A stretch of 64,000 bases of DNA, from NCBI GenBank assembly GCA_036676395.1, contig JAKFCY010000002.1, positions 960,001 to 1,024,000 on the forward strand. Reading direction: 5' to 3'. A model generated the notes under the pieces. The model saw only the letters and a list, made by a program, of their open reading frames with translations, was not told the origin of the DNA and did no database searches. The translations under genes were made by a program, and so were the position numbers. Below are positions 39,755-49,502 of the stretch, piece after piece. The DNA comes from Bdellovibrio sp. Its GTDB lineage: Bacteria; Bdellovibrionota; Bdellovibrionia; Bdellovibrionales; Bdellovibrionaceae. Each line of letters begins with the position of its first letter. Position 1 is the stretch's first letter.

Positions 39755-39779
39755 CCATAAATTGTATAATTAAGTCTTA

Positions 39780-40157
39780 TTATGAAACAACTCTTAGCTG
39801 TTCATTGTGTTTAAAAAAATTGTCGACGTATTCAATCAGGTGAAAGATCTCTGATTTTGCAAAGCATTTAAGAACAGGAACGCCTACTTCTATGGCTTTT
39901 GCTTCTTGTGATCCAGAAAAGAAAATAAAAGGCACGTCAACTTGTTGGCTTTTAAGAAAATCGACGATCACTTGGCCATTGCCATTATCCATTTGATAGT
40001 CAGATATGATTAAAGCAAACTTTTCTTGGGTTGATATGGTGGTTATGGCCTCAGAGCCAGAGCCGGCTTCGACCACGATAAATTTATGTTTAGCCTGAAA
40101 CACATTAGCTAAGGCAAATCTAATTTCTTTGTCATCATCTACAAGTAAAATTCTCAT
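39780..40157 (-). CDS. Single-domain response regulator
   Basis: ILLVDDD, IISDYQM, FFSG, K. Confidence 0.85.
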   Translation of the reverse strand: MRILLVDDDKEIRFALANVFQAKHKFIVVEAGSGSEAITTISTQEKFALIISDYQMDNGNGQVIVDFLKSQQVDVPFIFFSGSQEAKAIEVGVPVLKCFAKSEIFHLIEYVDNFFKHNEQLRVVS

Positions 40158-40285
40158 AAAAAACCTCACATATATCGACTACAGAATAGCGAAGAGCGTT
40201 TTTTATATCCAATGGAGTTATCTACATATATGGAGTTTGCTTAACAAAGATGTGGCATTTTGACTCGTTTTCAGAGGTATTCTGC

Positions 40286-40301
40286 TGGCACTAACGTTGC
40301 T
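40286..40301 (+). promoter_or_regulatory. Candidate sigma54 promoter
   Basis: TGGCAC-TAACG-TTGCT, near consensus. It overlaps the ORF-track TTG start, which argues for a later start. Confidence 0.65.
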
Positions 40302-40314
40302 TTATTGGACAGTT

Positions 40315-42153
40315 GTGGAAATCGAACCCAGCTTAAACACTGTTAGAAAAAAACCAGATAAAAACACCCCAAAGTCTGGTGCAATAGCGGATAAAGCTTC
40401 TGTAAAAGTTTTTATTGTTGAAGACGAGCCCACTACAATTATCCTAACCGAAGCTATGTTAGACCAATTGGGCTATACGCCTGTAGGTGTGGCGACTAGC
40501 TTTGAATCGGCGATGGCCGTACTTAAGGTGACTGCGGTTGATATTGTTCTTGTAGATATCGTGTTAAGCGGCACAAAAACCGGCTATGATGTCATCAAAG
40601 AATTAAATAAATTAAATATACCGTGCGTTCTAATTTCGGGAAGCATTAATGAAACAACATTAAATAAATTAGTGGATCTTGATGTCTATGGATTTTTACC
40701 TAAACCTTACGATCAGTTAGCTTTGGCGACAGCCATACAATTAGCCCTAAAAAAGTTCAGCCGTATGCAGGATCGCATCTTTGAAGAAGCTGATGAGGTA
40801 AAAAGTCGTATATTAGCAAGCCAAGCTTTAGAAAATGAATTTGGTATTTCAGAGAAATTTTATTTAATCAAAAAAAAATCCGACGATAAAAAAAAGACGC
40901 AAAGGCTAGGCTTTTTTTCATACCAGCGGGCTATCGAATGGATAGTGGGCCTTAGTTTGTTTGTTGTCGGTATGGCATGCCTTGGTTATCTGTTAAATGA
41001 GCCATTTTTATTAATGTATGCATCTAGTGCGGCAACGATAAAATTTAATGTCATCCTGTGTACTTTATTGTTTATTTTTTCATTAGGCGTAGAAAACTCG
41101 TTTCGTGCAACGAAAGCCTGGCGCCTGGGTTCATTGTTTTCAATGTTCATCGTATTTTGCATTAGTGGTCTAACCTTACTGCAATATATAATGTCTACGA
41201 ATTTTGGGGTAGATGAATTTTTTGTGCAAGATCGCTTTGCCAATGAATTTAATTTGCCTGGGCGGATGGCGATTCCGACAGCCATTTGTTTTATGGCTCT
41301 GCCGTTAGCTTTATTTTTTAACCGCTTAAAAAAATACAAATATCGAACACAATTAACTGAAGGTTTTGCTTTGATCACCTTCTTTTTATCGATAGCGGGT
41401 CTGATTGGCCATTTGTTTAACCAAGATGAATTTAATCGGTTGATTCCTTACTTGTCGCAATCACGAGTCACATTAGCCATTGAATTATTATTAAGTTTAG
41501 GTGTTTTATATTTAAATCCTAAAAATGGATTAATGTCGATATTCTCAAATCAGCGGGTAAGCGCAAAGCTGGGGCGCAAGATGTTATTTTCAGTCAGCGG
41601 ATCATTAGTTTTAATCAGTTTTTTAATCTACTATTATGTGCCGCAAAGTGAATATGAAAATTTAGAAGTAATTTTTACTTTAATCACCACCATAACAATT
41701 TTGAGCGCAGTTATTTTGTGGTCGACTTTACAACAAATAAAAAACGAGATTCACATCGAACAAACGATCAAATTATTAAAAAATCGCGAGCGTGAACTTC
41801 AATTTGTATTGAAGCGTGTGCCATACCCGGTGGCCGTTTTGGATAAAGACTTACGCTATGTTTTAGTAAGTCGTAAGTGGATTGAAGACTTTAACCTAAA
41901 CAGTCATATTTTAACCGGACTTTCAATTTATGAAACTTTTTCTGCGGTTCCAGAGAAAATTCAAATAATGCACCAACGCGCACTGCGCGGAGAAGTTATC
42001 AAAATGTCAGATGAAGAAATCGTTGATTCTTCGGGTAATAAAATAAGTATTAAAGGTGAAATGCGCCCGTGGTACGATATTAATGATCAAATTTCCGGGA
42101 TTATTATTTTTTATGAAAACTCTATTTTTTTACCAGTGGATCCACTTCAATAA
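40315..42153 (+). CDS. REC - multi-TM sensor - PAS protein with no output domain
   Basis: IVEDE, VLVDI, FLPKP receiver, about 7 TMs with PGRMAIPTA, C-terminal PAS (PVAVLDKDLRY...RPWYD....ISGIIIF). Start uncertain. Confidence 0.8.
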   Translation: MEIEPSLNTVRKKPDKNTPKSGAIADKASVKVFIVEDEPTTIILTEAMLDQLGYTPVGVATSFESAMAVLKVTAVDIVLVDIVLSGTKTGYDVIKELNKLNIPCVLISGSINETTLNKLVDLDVYGFLPKPYDQLALATAIQLALKKFSRMQDRIFEEADEVKSRILASQALENEFGISEKFYLIKKKSDDKKKTQRLGFFSYQRAIEWIVGLSLFVVGMACLGYLLNEPFLLMYASSAATIKFNVILCTLLFIFSLGVENSFRATKAWRLGSLFSMFIVFCISGLTLLQYIMSTNFGVDEFFVQDRFANEFNLPGRMAIPTAICFMALPLALFFNRLKKYKYRTQLTEGFALITFFLSIAGLIGHLFNQDEFNRLIPYLSQSRVTLAIELLLSLGVLYLNPKNGLMSIFSNQRVSAKLGRKMLFSVSGSLVLISFLIYYYVPQSEYENLEVIFTLITTITILSAVILWSTLQQIKNEIHIEQTIKLLKNRERELQFVLKRVPYPVAVLDKDLRYVLVSRKWIEDFNLNSHILTGLSIYETFSAVPEKIQIMHQRALRGEVIKMSDEEIVDSSGNKISIKGEMRPWYDINDQISGIIIFYENSIFLPVDPLQ

Positions 42154-43066
42154 AGTTTTCAGTTTGTTCCCAATCGACGCTGTCTTCATATTTTGCCAGG
42201 GCAGCATCGACTCGGCGTAAAGTCTCGAGCGAGTTCTCAATTTTTTGAATTGCAGCGTCTTCTTCTGGGTGTCGTTGGCGTATTAACTGCACCGTCAGAT
42301 CGATAGTTTGAAACGGGGTATTTACTAAATCACGAAGTTGAATGAAGGCGCGCGCCATGTTTCGCAGTGAGGCCTTTTCAGCGCGATCAAGGTAATCGCG
42401 TCCAAGCTCTAAAGCACCGACAAGACTAAAAATTGAAAATAAAGTGATCGTAAAAATTAAAATGTAATTATTAATACCCCACAGATAATGAGATGAAATA
42501 ATTCCGGTACGAATGAGCGGGTAAACTGAAAGTCCAACGACGCCAATGCCGCAGCCGATGCGTAACATTAAAGTGGATGTGTTTTTTGATTTATAGCGAA
42601 TACATAAAATGAGCGTTGTTACGTAAAAAATAATATTGGCTAATGAGGCCATACGAAATAAGACCACTGTGGGATAGACAATTCCTGCAAAACGAATGGA
42701 TAGAGCGGTAATAACAAGCGTTTTATAAAATCGGGATGTAACGAATTTAAAGGCCGGAAATGGCTGAAAAGCCGAAACGAAGAGCCGGTAAAAAGCATAC
42801 ACAATAAGGCCGCCAGAAAAGTGGGTGAGGCGCTTTAAGATCGGTTCATTTTGTAACGCTGAAAATTGCGCGGGCATGTGGTCATACATGACCATCATAA
42901 ATTGAAACGCAAAAATCGCCAGACTTAGATTTAAAAGAGATTGATGGCGAAATTTAAAATAAAATGAAATACATAACAAGCACGCCAGTACACAGATAGC
43001 TAAACTAAAACCTAAGATGACACTGGACTCAGTGGTGAGTAAAAGCGAACCAAGCAGTGAATTCAT
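42122..43066 (-). CDS. 7TM membrane protein with degenerate HisKA-like tail
   Basis: About 7 hydrophobic helices, C-terminal LRDLVNTPFQTI, no HATPase domain. Confidence 0.65.
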   Translation of the reverse strand: MNSLLGSLLLTTESSVILGFSLAICVLACLLCISFYFKFRHQSLLNLSLAIFAFQFMMVMYDHMPAQFSALQNEPILKRLTHFSGGLIVYAFYRLFVSAFQPFPAFKFVTSRFYKTLVITALSIRFAGIVYPTVVLFRMASLANIIFYVTTLILCIRYKSKNTSTLMLRIGCGIGVVGLSVYPLIRTGIISSHYLWGINNYILIFTITLFSIFSLVGALELGRDYLDRAEKASLRNMARAFIQLRDLVNTPFQTIDLTVQLIRQRHPEEDAAIQKIENSLETLRRVDAALAKYEDSVDWEQTENFIEVDPLVKK

Positions 43067-43437
43067 TTTTTAATCGCTGTTCGAATGGCTTCACATAAAG
43101 CGTTGGCGTACATGGGCTTTGTCCAGATTTCGGCACCGATGTCGCAGGCGGCTTGCAACATAGGATGAGTCTTTCCGTGACCGGTCAGAAAACAGATTTT
43201 TCCGGTATAGCCTTGTGACTTTAACCAGTGAAAGGCATCAACACCTGTGGGTTGGTCACTGCCTAAGTTAATATCCAAGATGGCCACTTTGGTTTGTAAA
43301 ACTTCAGCGCGGTGTTCGATAAGATCAGCAAGCCGGCTAAAGCTAAGAGCTTCTTCGCCAAGTTCAGATTTGGTGACTTCAGATAGAACTTCGCGCAGTT
43401 CTTCATTGTCTTCTAAAAAAGTTATGCTTGCTGCCAT
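43063..43437 (-). CDS. Single-domain response regulator
   Basis: FLEDN, ILDINL, FLTGH, KP. ATGA-coupled to the downstream membrane protein. Confidence 0.85.
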   Translation of the reverse strand: MAASITFLEDNEELREVLSEVTKSELGEEALSFSRLADLIEHRAEVLQTKVAILDINLGSDQPTGVDAFHWLKSQGYTGKICFLTGHGKTHPMLQAACDIGAEIWTKPMYANALCEAIRTAIKK

Positions 43438-43547
43438 GACGAACAGAGTATGTGGTGAAAGGCTTTGTCGCGCAACAAATACCATAGATAAATGATTGAT
43501 TTGTGAGGCTGCGTAAGAATATCCTTACAGCATAAGGATACAATTTT

Positions 43548-44759
43548 ATGATCTTAACAGTTCTTTCATTGACGGCGTTAACAAGTTTTTTACCCCATTA
43601 TAAAAGTGAACTTTTAGCTCGTACAAATGGCTCAAGTACCTACAATATGCCAGCTTATAGTTCGATGGGTAACACATCACCAAGTATTAATGATCAAGGC
43701 GATGTTGCCTTTAAAATACTCTCTGGTGGCTTTGATCAGAGTGGTGACCACAGTGAACAGTCAGCCATTTGGTTAAAGACCAGCAAAGAAATTGATGGTC
43801 GTGCGGTTTATTTTGGCCCGAAAGAAAAGTTCATCGGTGATCCGGAAATGTTAAGTCACGGAGACATTTTATTTACTTTATTTAATGAAGCTGCCAATGA
43901 TGGCCTTTTTATTTATGAAACGAAAAATCAAGCCAGTAAAAATATTTTTCCGGCAAAAGATATGGCGGCATTAAGTTATGCCCAGTTAATTAACGATAGC
44001 GCTTATGTTTTTCGTACGACCGATTCTGAAAATAATCGTGCATTTTATGAATGGCGTTCAGACAAACTTTGGCCGATTGTCGATGAAGATGGCGGCTACG
44101 CGTATTTATTTGGTCCGAGCGTAAACGACCGTTCACAATGGTTATTTAAAGCTCGTTTGGGTGAAAAGTTTAACTACGCCGAAGAAGCCAAAGATCAAAT
44201 TGTTTTATTAACACCGCAATTTACAGCCACAGGTGAAAAATCTTATCAAAAGTCAGTTATTGCCCAGGATAGTGATGCGGATGTGTTATCGCCGTATAAA
44301 TCTTTTGATAATAGCCCTTTCTTATCAAATGCCGGCTATGCCGTATTTGGGGCGACTTTAAAAGATAAAACTAGAGTCATTGTGGCAGTGAAAGACGGAA
44401 AACATTTTACCGTCGCGCAAGAAAAATCAGATAACATCTCGCAAATTGAAATGTTCTCGCAAAAAATTAACGACAACGGCCTTGTCGTGTTTCGTGCTAA
44501 AGATGAAAACGGCTTGCGCGCAATATTTATAGCAAACCCTTTTGCTGTTACACCCGAGATAAAAAAACTTATCGGCGAAGGCGATGCGATTATGGCTGAT
44601 CAGGGAATGGCGGCAATTCTTAAGCGCGATCAGTTTCCAGGATTCGCTGGCAATATTGATATCAACAATAATAACGAAATTGTGTTTTCAGCCGTCATTG
44701 CTACAGAAAATCACAAGTGGATTTTTGGCTCGGCCATTTACAAACTTCACCCGTTATAG
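43548..44759 (+). CDS. Secreted beta-propeller protein with NxxGxxAF-type repeats
   Basis: SINDQGDVAF, SVNDRSQWLF, LSNAGYAVF, INDNGLVVF, INNNNEIVF. Confidence 0.7.
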   Translation: MILTVLSLTALTSFLPHYKSELLARTNGSSTYNMPAYSSMGNTSPSINDQGDVAFKILSGGFDQSGDHSEQSAIWLKTSKEIDGRAVYFGPKEKFIGDPEMLSHGDILFTLFNEAANDGLFIYETKNQASKNIFPAKDMAALSYAQLINDSAYVFRTTDSENNRAFYEWRSDKLWPIVDEDGGYAYLFGPSVNDRSQWLFKARLGEKFNYAEEAKDQIVLLTPQFTATGEKSYQKSVIAQDSDADVLSPYKSFDNSPFLSNAGYAVFGATLKDKTRVIVAVKDGKHFTVAQEKSDNISQIEMFSQKINDNGLVVFRAKDENGLRAIFIANPFAVTPEIKKLIGEGDAIMADQGMAAILKRDQFPGFAGNIDINNNNEIVFSAVIATENHKWIFGSAIYKLHPL

Positions 44760-44875
44760 GGCGTATTGACCCTTCATCGCGAAAAATATCCCCAGGCATT
44801 TTTTTTTATTTCTCATTGTTAATCAGAGAGAGCTAAAATGCCTACAGATAAACCCATAAGAAGGAGTATTTCGTT

Positions 44876-45277
44876 ATGAAAAAACTAGCTATATTTTTAA
44901 CGGCATTTGCCATGGTTTCGGCAATCGCCGCATTCGCAGCTGATAATACAAAAAAACAAACGACCACAACCACGACCACAGAAAGTAATACGGTTGCTGG
45001 TGTTAAACAAGACATGGCCATGTTCAAACAAGAAATGTCTGTGAAGCTTGAAAGTGCTGAAGCCCAAATTTCTGCTTTAAAAGAAAAAGCTAAAGTTAAA
45101 GGCTCTAATGTTAAACAAGCCACGATTGCAGATCTTGAAAGCACGAAGTTGAAAATTAAAAATGACCTTGCGGCTTTAGATAAATCATCAGAGACCACTT
45201 GGACTACGATGAAATCAAAAATCGCAACGGCGATGGATGATTTAAATACTAAAACGCAAAAATTACTGCGCGAATAG
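44876..45277 (+). CDS. Secreted coiled-coil hypothetical protein
   Basis: AAGGAG RBS, signal peptide AFA, Thr run, helical body ending SETTWTTMK. Confidence 0.75.
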   Translation: MKKLAIFLTAFAMVSAIAAFAADNTKKQTTTTTTTESNTVAGVKQDMAMFKQEMSVKLESAEAQISALKEKAKVKGSNVKQATIADLESTKLKIKNDLAALDKSSETTWTTMKSKIATAMDDLNTKTQKLLRE

Positions 45278-45279
45278 TT

Positions 45280-46524
45280 TTAATGCGCAGATAGTTTGTC
45301 CAGCTCCATTTTGCGTAAAGCTGGAGACCAATATGCGATCAGGGCTACGGTCAGTAAACACATCGTGGCCCCGAAATAAACCGATGGTACGGTTCCGAAT
45401 AATTTTGCTGCAATTCCGGATTCGACTTCACCTAATTCATTTGATGAACCAATAAAAATAGAATTTACCGCAGAAATTTTACCGCGCATATGATCTGGCG
45501 ATGACAACTGCACAGCAGCAGATCTGATCATCATGCTGACGCTGTCAAATAGGCCACTAAAAGCTAAGGCGACCATAGAAATCCAAAATGTGGTGCTCAT
45601 CGCGAAAAATAAAATACATAATCCAAAACCAGTCACCGCAGAAAATAACCACGTGCCTGAATGCCCTTTAAGGGGGTTGCGCACTAAATATAAACTGGTG
45701 ATCGTAGCACCTATAGCAGGGGCGGCACGTAAAAAGCCTAAACCTTTGGGGCCGACCATTAAAATTTCATTCGCAAAAATCGGTAAAAGTGCGGTGACGC
45801 CGCCAAATAAAACCGACACCATATCTAATGACAACGCCGGAAATAAGATGGGATGTTTGAAAACAAAGCGTGCGCCCGATAAAAGTTCATCTTTGATGGT
45901 GGCATGCTTATGCAAAGTCTCAGGTGCTGGAATATCTTTTTTAATCAGATACATCGATGTCACAGAACAGATAAGCAATAGACAAACTAATGACGATGTT
46001 ACGGTGACACCGAAAAAACCAAAAATAAACCCACCGGCGGCAGGGCCAGCGATACGGGCAATCTGCATTGCAGAACTGCTGGTCGCTGTCGCCTGTAAAA
46101 GTTGGTTGCGTTCAACTAAACGCGGAATCGATGCAAAGATGGCAGGCTGAGAAAATGAACGCGCGATCCCTGTTAGAAAAGCGGCGCCGTATAACATACC
46201 AGCTTGTGCATGTAAGGATAATTGCGGAGCTAGGTAATTTTCTAAAAGCACCATCAAACCAGAAAGAAGACTTACATAAATGACTCGTCGATAAACCATT
46301 AAGGGTCTTAAACGATCGACCAAATAGCCAGCGTATAAAGCCAAGCCAATCGCCGGTACAGCTTCGGTTAAACCAATCATACCTAAAGCTAATGGATCTT
46401 TTAATAGATCGTAAATGCGCCAGCCAAGAACGACGGCTTGCATTTGTACAGCAAACGAAAAGAAAAACCGGGCTGTGACTAATTTTTTAAAATCTGAAGG
46501 TAGAGAACTGAAGCGGTTACTCAT
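45280..46524 (-). CDS. MFS transporter (MFS_3/EntS-like)
   Basis: About 12 TMs, LDMVSVLFGG, LRAAPAIGA, FIGSSNELGEVESG. Confidence 0.9.
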   Translation of the reverse strand: MSNRFSSLPSDFKKLVTARFFFSFAVQMQAVVLGWRIYDLLKDPLALGMIGLTEAVPAIGLALYAGYLVDRLRPLMVYRRVIYVSLLSGLMVLLENYLAPQLSLHAQAGMLYGAAFLTGIARSFSQPAIFASIPRLVERNQLLQATATSSSAMQIARIAGPAAGGFIFGFFGVTVTSSLVCLLLICSVTSMYLIKKDIPAPETLHKHATIKDELLSGARFVFKHPILFPALSLDMVSVLFGGVTALLPIFANEILMVGPKGLGFLRAAPAIGATITSLYLVRNPLKGHSGTWLFSAVTGFGLCILFFAMSTTFWISMVALAFSGLFDSVSMMIRSAAVQLSSPDHMRGKISAVNSIFIGSSNELGEVESGIAAKLFGTVPSVYFGATMCLLTVALIAYWSPALRKMELDKLSAH

Positions 46525-46993
46525 GTGCTTTTAGTAAACCAACTGGATCTTTCGAAAAAATGCTGCTTACGATTACGCGATTTTTTGTTTCTTGATTGTA
46601 ACCGTATTTTAAAAACAGATGCGAGATCACTGTTTTTTGATTTATTTGTAGATTCTGAAAATGCATACCGCACTCTAAAGCAGTCCATTCTCCACTGCAG
46701 TCAGCAATTCCTTGCTCGTTTTCAAAATGTTTATTGCCGTCTACTTCAGAAATAAGTGGCATTTTAATCGTCATTGCATCGCCGGTTAAATCATCTGGCA
46801 AGGTGTAAGACATATATCTTACACCTTTGTTATTTGTCATGATCTGAAAGTTTGTAATTTCAAAAGTGGCTAAATGAGCAAATTTTTCTGACGGCACTGG
46901 AACCTGAAAGGTAGCCTTTAGATTTATAACTTCGTCAGCTAATAAGAATTGAGAAAATAGAAAGCAGGCTGTGATAAGTATTGTTTTGAACAT
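46517..46993 (-). CDS. Secreted hypothetical protein
   Basis: Signal peptide, YTLPDDLTG and DPVG motifs, one Cys pair. Confidence 0.65.
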   Translation of the reverse strand: MFKTILITACFLFSQFLLADEVINLKATFQVPVPSEKFAHLATFEITNFQIMTNNKGVRYMSYTLPDDLTGDAMTIKMPLISEVDGNKHFENEQGIADCSGEWTALECGMHFQNLQINQKTVISHLFLKYGYNQETKNRVIVSSIFSKDPVGLLKAHE

Positions 46994-47024
46994 GGCTCAT
47001 TTTAAGAGCGATAAGTGATTAGGG

Positions 47025-47366
47025 TCAATCGCGAACACGAACTTCTAAAAGCTCGACATGAAAGATCAGGTTTGAATGCGCAGGGATTTTGCGTTTTTCA
47101 CGCTCACCGTAGCCTAAATGCGCCGGTACGAATAGAGTGCGTTTACCGCCTTCTTTCATGCCCATCAGGCCGAGATCCCAGCCTTGAATCACACGTTTTG
47201 AACCGATCACGAACTCGAAAGGGCGGCCATGATCGTGCGATGAATCAAATTTAGTCCCATCTTCTAAAAAGCCTGTGTAATGACAAAAAAGTAATGCGCC
47301 TTTAACAGCCGCTTTGCCTTCGCCAATAACTGTATCGGTGATGATTAGTTCAGTTTTATTATCCAT
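47025..47366 (-). CDS. FKBP-type peptidyl-prolyl isomerase
   Basis: HYTGFLEDGTKFDSS, VIQGWD, GGKR.L.VPAHLGYG, IPA.S.LIF.VELL. Confidence 0.95.
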   Translation of the reverse strand: MDNKTELIITDTVIGEGKAAVKGALLFCHYTGFLEDGTKFDSSHDHGRPFEFVIGSKRVIQGWDLGLMGMKEGGKRTLFVPAHLGYGEREKRKIPAHSNLIFHVELLEVRVRD

Positions 47367-48367
47367 TACGCGCTTAATGATAAAGAAACAATTTTAGCAA
47401 TCAGATCTTCGTAATCCACACCAGCTTTGTTGGCTGATAGGGCATAGTCTTCGCGTTTACCGATCGAAGGGTTTGGATTAGCTTCAATAAAATAGATATC
47501 TTCGCCTTTGATGCGTAAATCAATACGCCCAAACCCTTGAATACCTAATAAGCGGTAAATCTTTTTACAGACCTCATTTAATTTTTTCTGCATCGGTTCT
47601 GGAAACTCTGCAGCCCAGCCAGAATCAATACCCCATTTTTTGCGGTAGGCTTGATCCCATTTTGATTTGTAAGTTGCAAATTTTGGTTCATCTTCAGATT
47701 TTTGTTTGAAGAATAATTCGCGGGGCGGAAATACTTTTAAATTTTCATTGCCTAAGATGCTGACGTAAACTTCGCGGCCATCGATGAATTCTTCGATAAT
47801 CGCGTCAGCATCTAAACTATTGTGAATAAATTTAACCCGCGCAAGAGCTTCTTTTTCGTTTTTAACAAATGAACTTTGTGAAATACCTTCTGAAGATTCT
47901 AAATCTAAGGGCTTAATAAAAGCAGGAAAAGGAAAACCCTTTAATGAATTCATCGAACGGGATTTTTTAGCTACAACAAATTTTGGAATTTTAATCTGAT
48001 GATAATCTAAAATGACTTTCGTTAAACCTTTGTCTTTGCATAGTTGTAAACTCATCGGGCCAGCGCCGGTAAAAGGAATACCCATTAATTGCATAAGCGA
48101 AGTTAAATTTGGTTCAAAATCGCGTTTACCTAAAAAAGCTTCAGACATGTTAAAGACTAAATCGGGTTTTTGTTCTTTAACAATTTTTAAGAAAGGTTCA
48201 ATATCATCATGAATTCCGTAAGGAATGACCTGGTGACCGAGTTTGATCAAAGTGTTTTTCACATCTTTTTCAATTTTCCAGTCAGGAGTGTTCCAGTAAT
48301 CAGGATACTGCTCGGGAGTTAGCTTTAATGATAAATCAAATAGAAGTACGATCTTCAGTGATTTCAT
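47366..48367 (-). CDS. D-Ala-D-Ala ligase-like ATP-grasp enzyme (non-canonical)
   Basis: PFTGAG...CKDK, FIKP..ESSEGI, IEEFIDGRE, GRIDLR, FIEANPNP. Confidence 0.85.
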   Translation of the reverse strand: MKSLKIVLLFDLSLKLTPEQYPDYWNTPDWKIEKDVKNTLIKLGHQVIPYGIHDDIEPFLKIVKEQKPDLVFNMSEAFLGKRDFEPNLTSLMQLMGIPFTGAGPMSLQLCKDKGLTKVILDYHQIKIPKFVVAKKSRSMNSLKGFPFPAFIKPLDLESSEGISQSSFVKNEKEALARVKFIHNSLDADAIIEEFIDGREVYVSILGNENLKVFPPRELFFKQKSEDEPKFATYKSKWDQAYRKKWGIDSGWAAEFPEPMQKKLNEVCKKIYRLLGIQGFGRIDLRIKGEDIYFIEANPNPSIGKREDYALSANKAGVDYEDLIAKIVSLSLSA

Positions 48368-48370
48368 AAA

Positions 48371-49408
48371 TTAGGCCTCTCTTTTAAACTTTCCAGTGAA
48401 TAAGTAATTTTTCACCAGACTGGTCAGAAAGCTTGCGGCTTCCATCGTTGTCTGGTTTTCAGATTTTCCAAGTCGTAATTCAAGTTGAGCACAGCGATCG
48501 ATCAGACGTTTTACTAAGGCGTCTATCGTAAATTTGCGTTCTTTCGTTGCCCACGCGACGGCGGCAACGATGGCTTTTTTATGGCGCTTCATAAACCGGC
48601 GCGCCGATAATTCAGTCTTTAACGCTGGATCGCCGTTGAAAATCATTTTTAGATCGGTGTCATAAAAATCTGGATATTCATCTGCATTTTCTCTGCGGCG
48701 CTTCTGATAATATTTTTCTAGGGTTGACGTAAGGTTTGCGACATTGCTTGGGGCACGGCCTTTTTCAGACGCGTTTTTTAATTTCACGCTTTCTTTAGCT
48801 AAAGACTCCATGTAGTTTAATTTCTTTAAAGCTCCGGGCCATTTACTGTATTCTTTTTTCCAGTCAACAGAGGGCGATAACCAGACCGCAAATGTTTCGG
48901 CAAAATCTTCATCTGGATGAGCTTGCGCATACCAACGTTCTAAATGTTTTACATAACCTTTAGAGTAGGGCTGCGGGCGATAAGTTTCAGGAGCATAATC
49001 TTGCGAAGGTGAACCAAACACCTGGCTCCATTTTTTTCTTTTTGAAAATCTATAACAATGATCAAAACAATGGCCGGCTTCGTGACGCAGAAGTTTCATA
49101 AACCATTCTGGATTGCCACCTTCAACTTCTAACATCATTGATTTTTCCAAATGTTTCAGGCGGGTATTGGCCAGGTAAAACGGTACAGCGATCGCGTTCA
49201 TGCCTTCAGGGCTAAACCATTCGTCACCAAAAAATATTTGTGGTTTGAAATTTAAACCTTTAGCTTCAAGTTCTTTATAAAGCTGATCGACATAGTCTTG
49301 CACTTCGCTTTCAGCAAGCGAGAGTTGAATATTTTTAAAACGCAGTTTTAAAATATCCTGATCAGATAATTCGGCTAATTCTTCAGCTTTAATAGTCTTC
49401 GATGACAT
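48371..49408 (-). CDS. Putative zinc-binding metallopeptidase (Peptidase_Mx-like)
   Basis: DEWFSP, LLRHEAGH, YAQAHPDEDFAETFAVW. Confidence 0.85.
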   Translation of the reverse strand: MSSKTIKAEELAELSDQDILKLRFKNIQLSLAESEVQDYVDQLYKELEAKGLNFKPQIFFGDEWFSPEGMNAIAVPFYLANTRLKHLEKSMMLEVEGGNPEWFMKLLRHEAGHCFDHCYRFSKRKKWSQVFGSPSQDYAPETYRPQPYSKGYVKHLERWYAQAHPDEDFAETFAVWLSPSVDWKKEYSKWPGALKKLNYMESLAKESVKLKNASEKGRAPSNVANLTSTLEKYYQKRRRENADEYPDFYDTDLKMIFNGDPALKTELSARRFMKRHKKAIVAAVAWATKERKFTIDALVKRLIDRCAQLELRLGKSENQTTMEAASFLTSLVKNYLFTGKFKREA

Positions 49409-49416
49409 ACCGTTTC

Positions 49417-49444
49417 CTATCGGTCAGTCTCATTCTGATATTAA
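49417..49444 (-). promoter_or_regulatory. Candidate sigma28 promoter for the peptidase/ATP-grasp operon
   Basis: Minus strand TTAAT-N15-ACCGATAG. Confidence 0.45.
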
Positions 49445-49502
49445 GCATGACAGCAAGGATTAGGCCTTAAGTCTTTCGCTAAAGGTCCGGGACTAATTGG
49501 TG

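Noticed and set aside
38979..39773. 264-aa plus-strand ORF
   Set aside because: Antisense shadow of the phytase-like lipoprotein gene.
45533..46150. 205-aa plus-strand ORF
   Set aside because: Antisense shadow of the MFS transporter.
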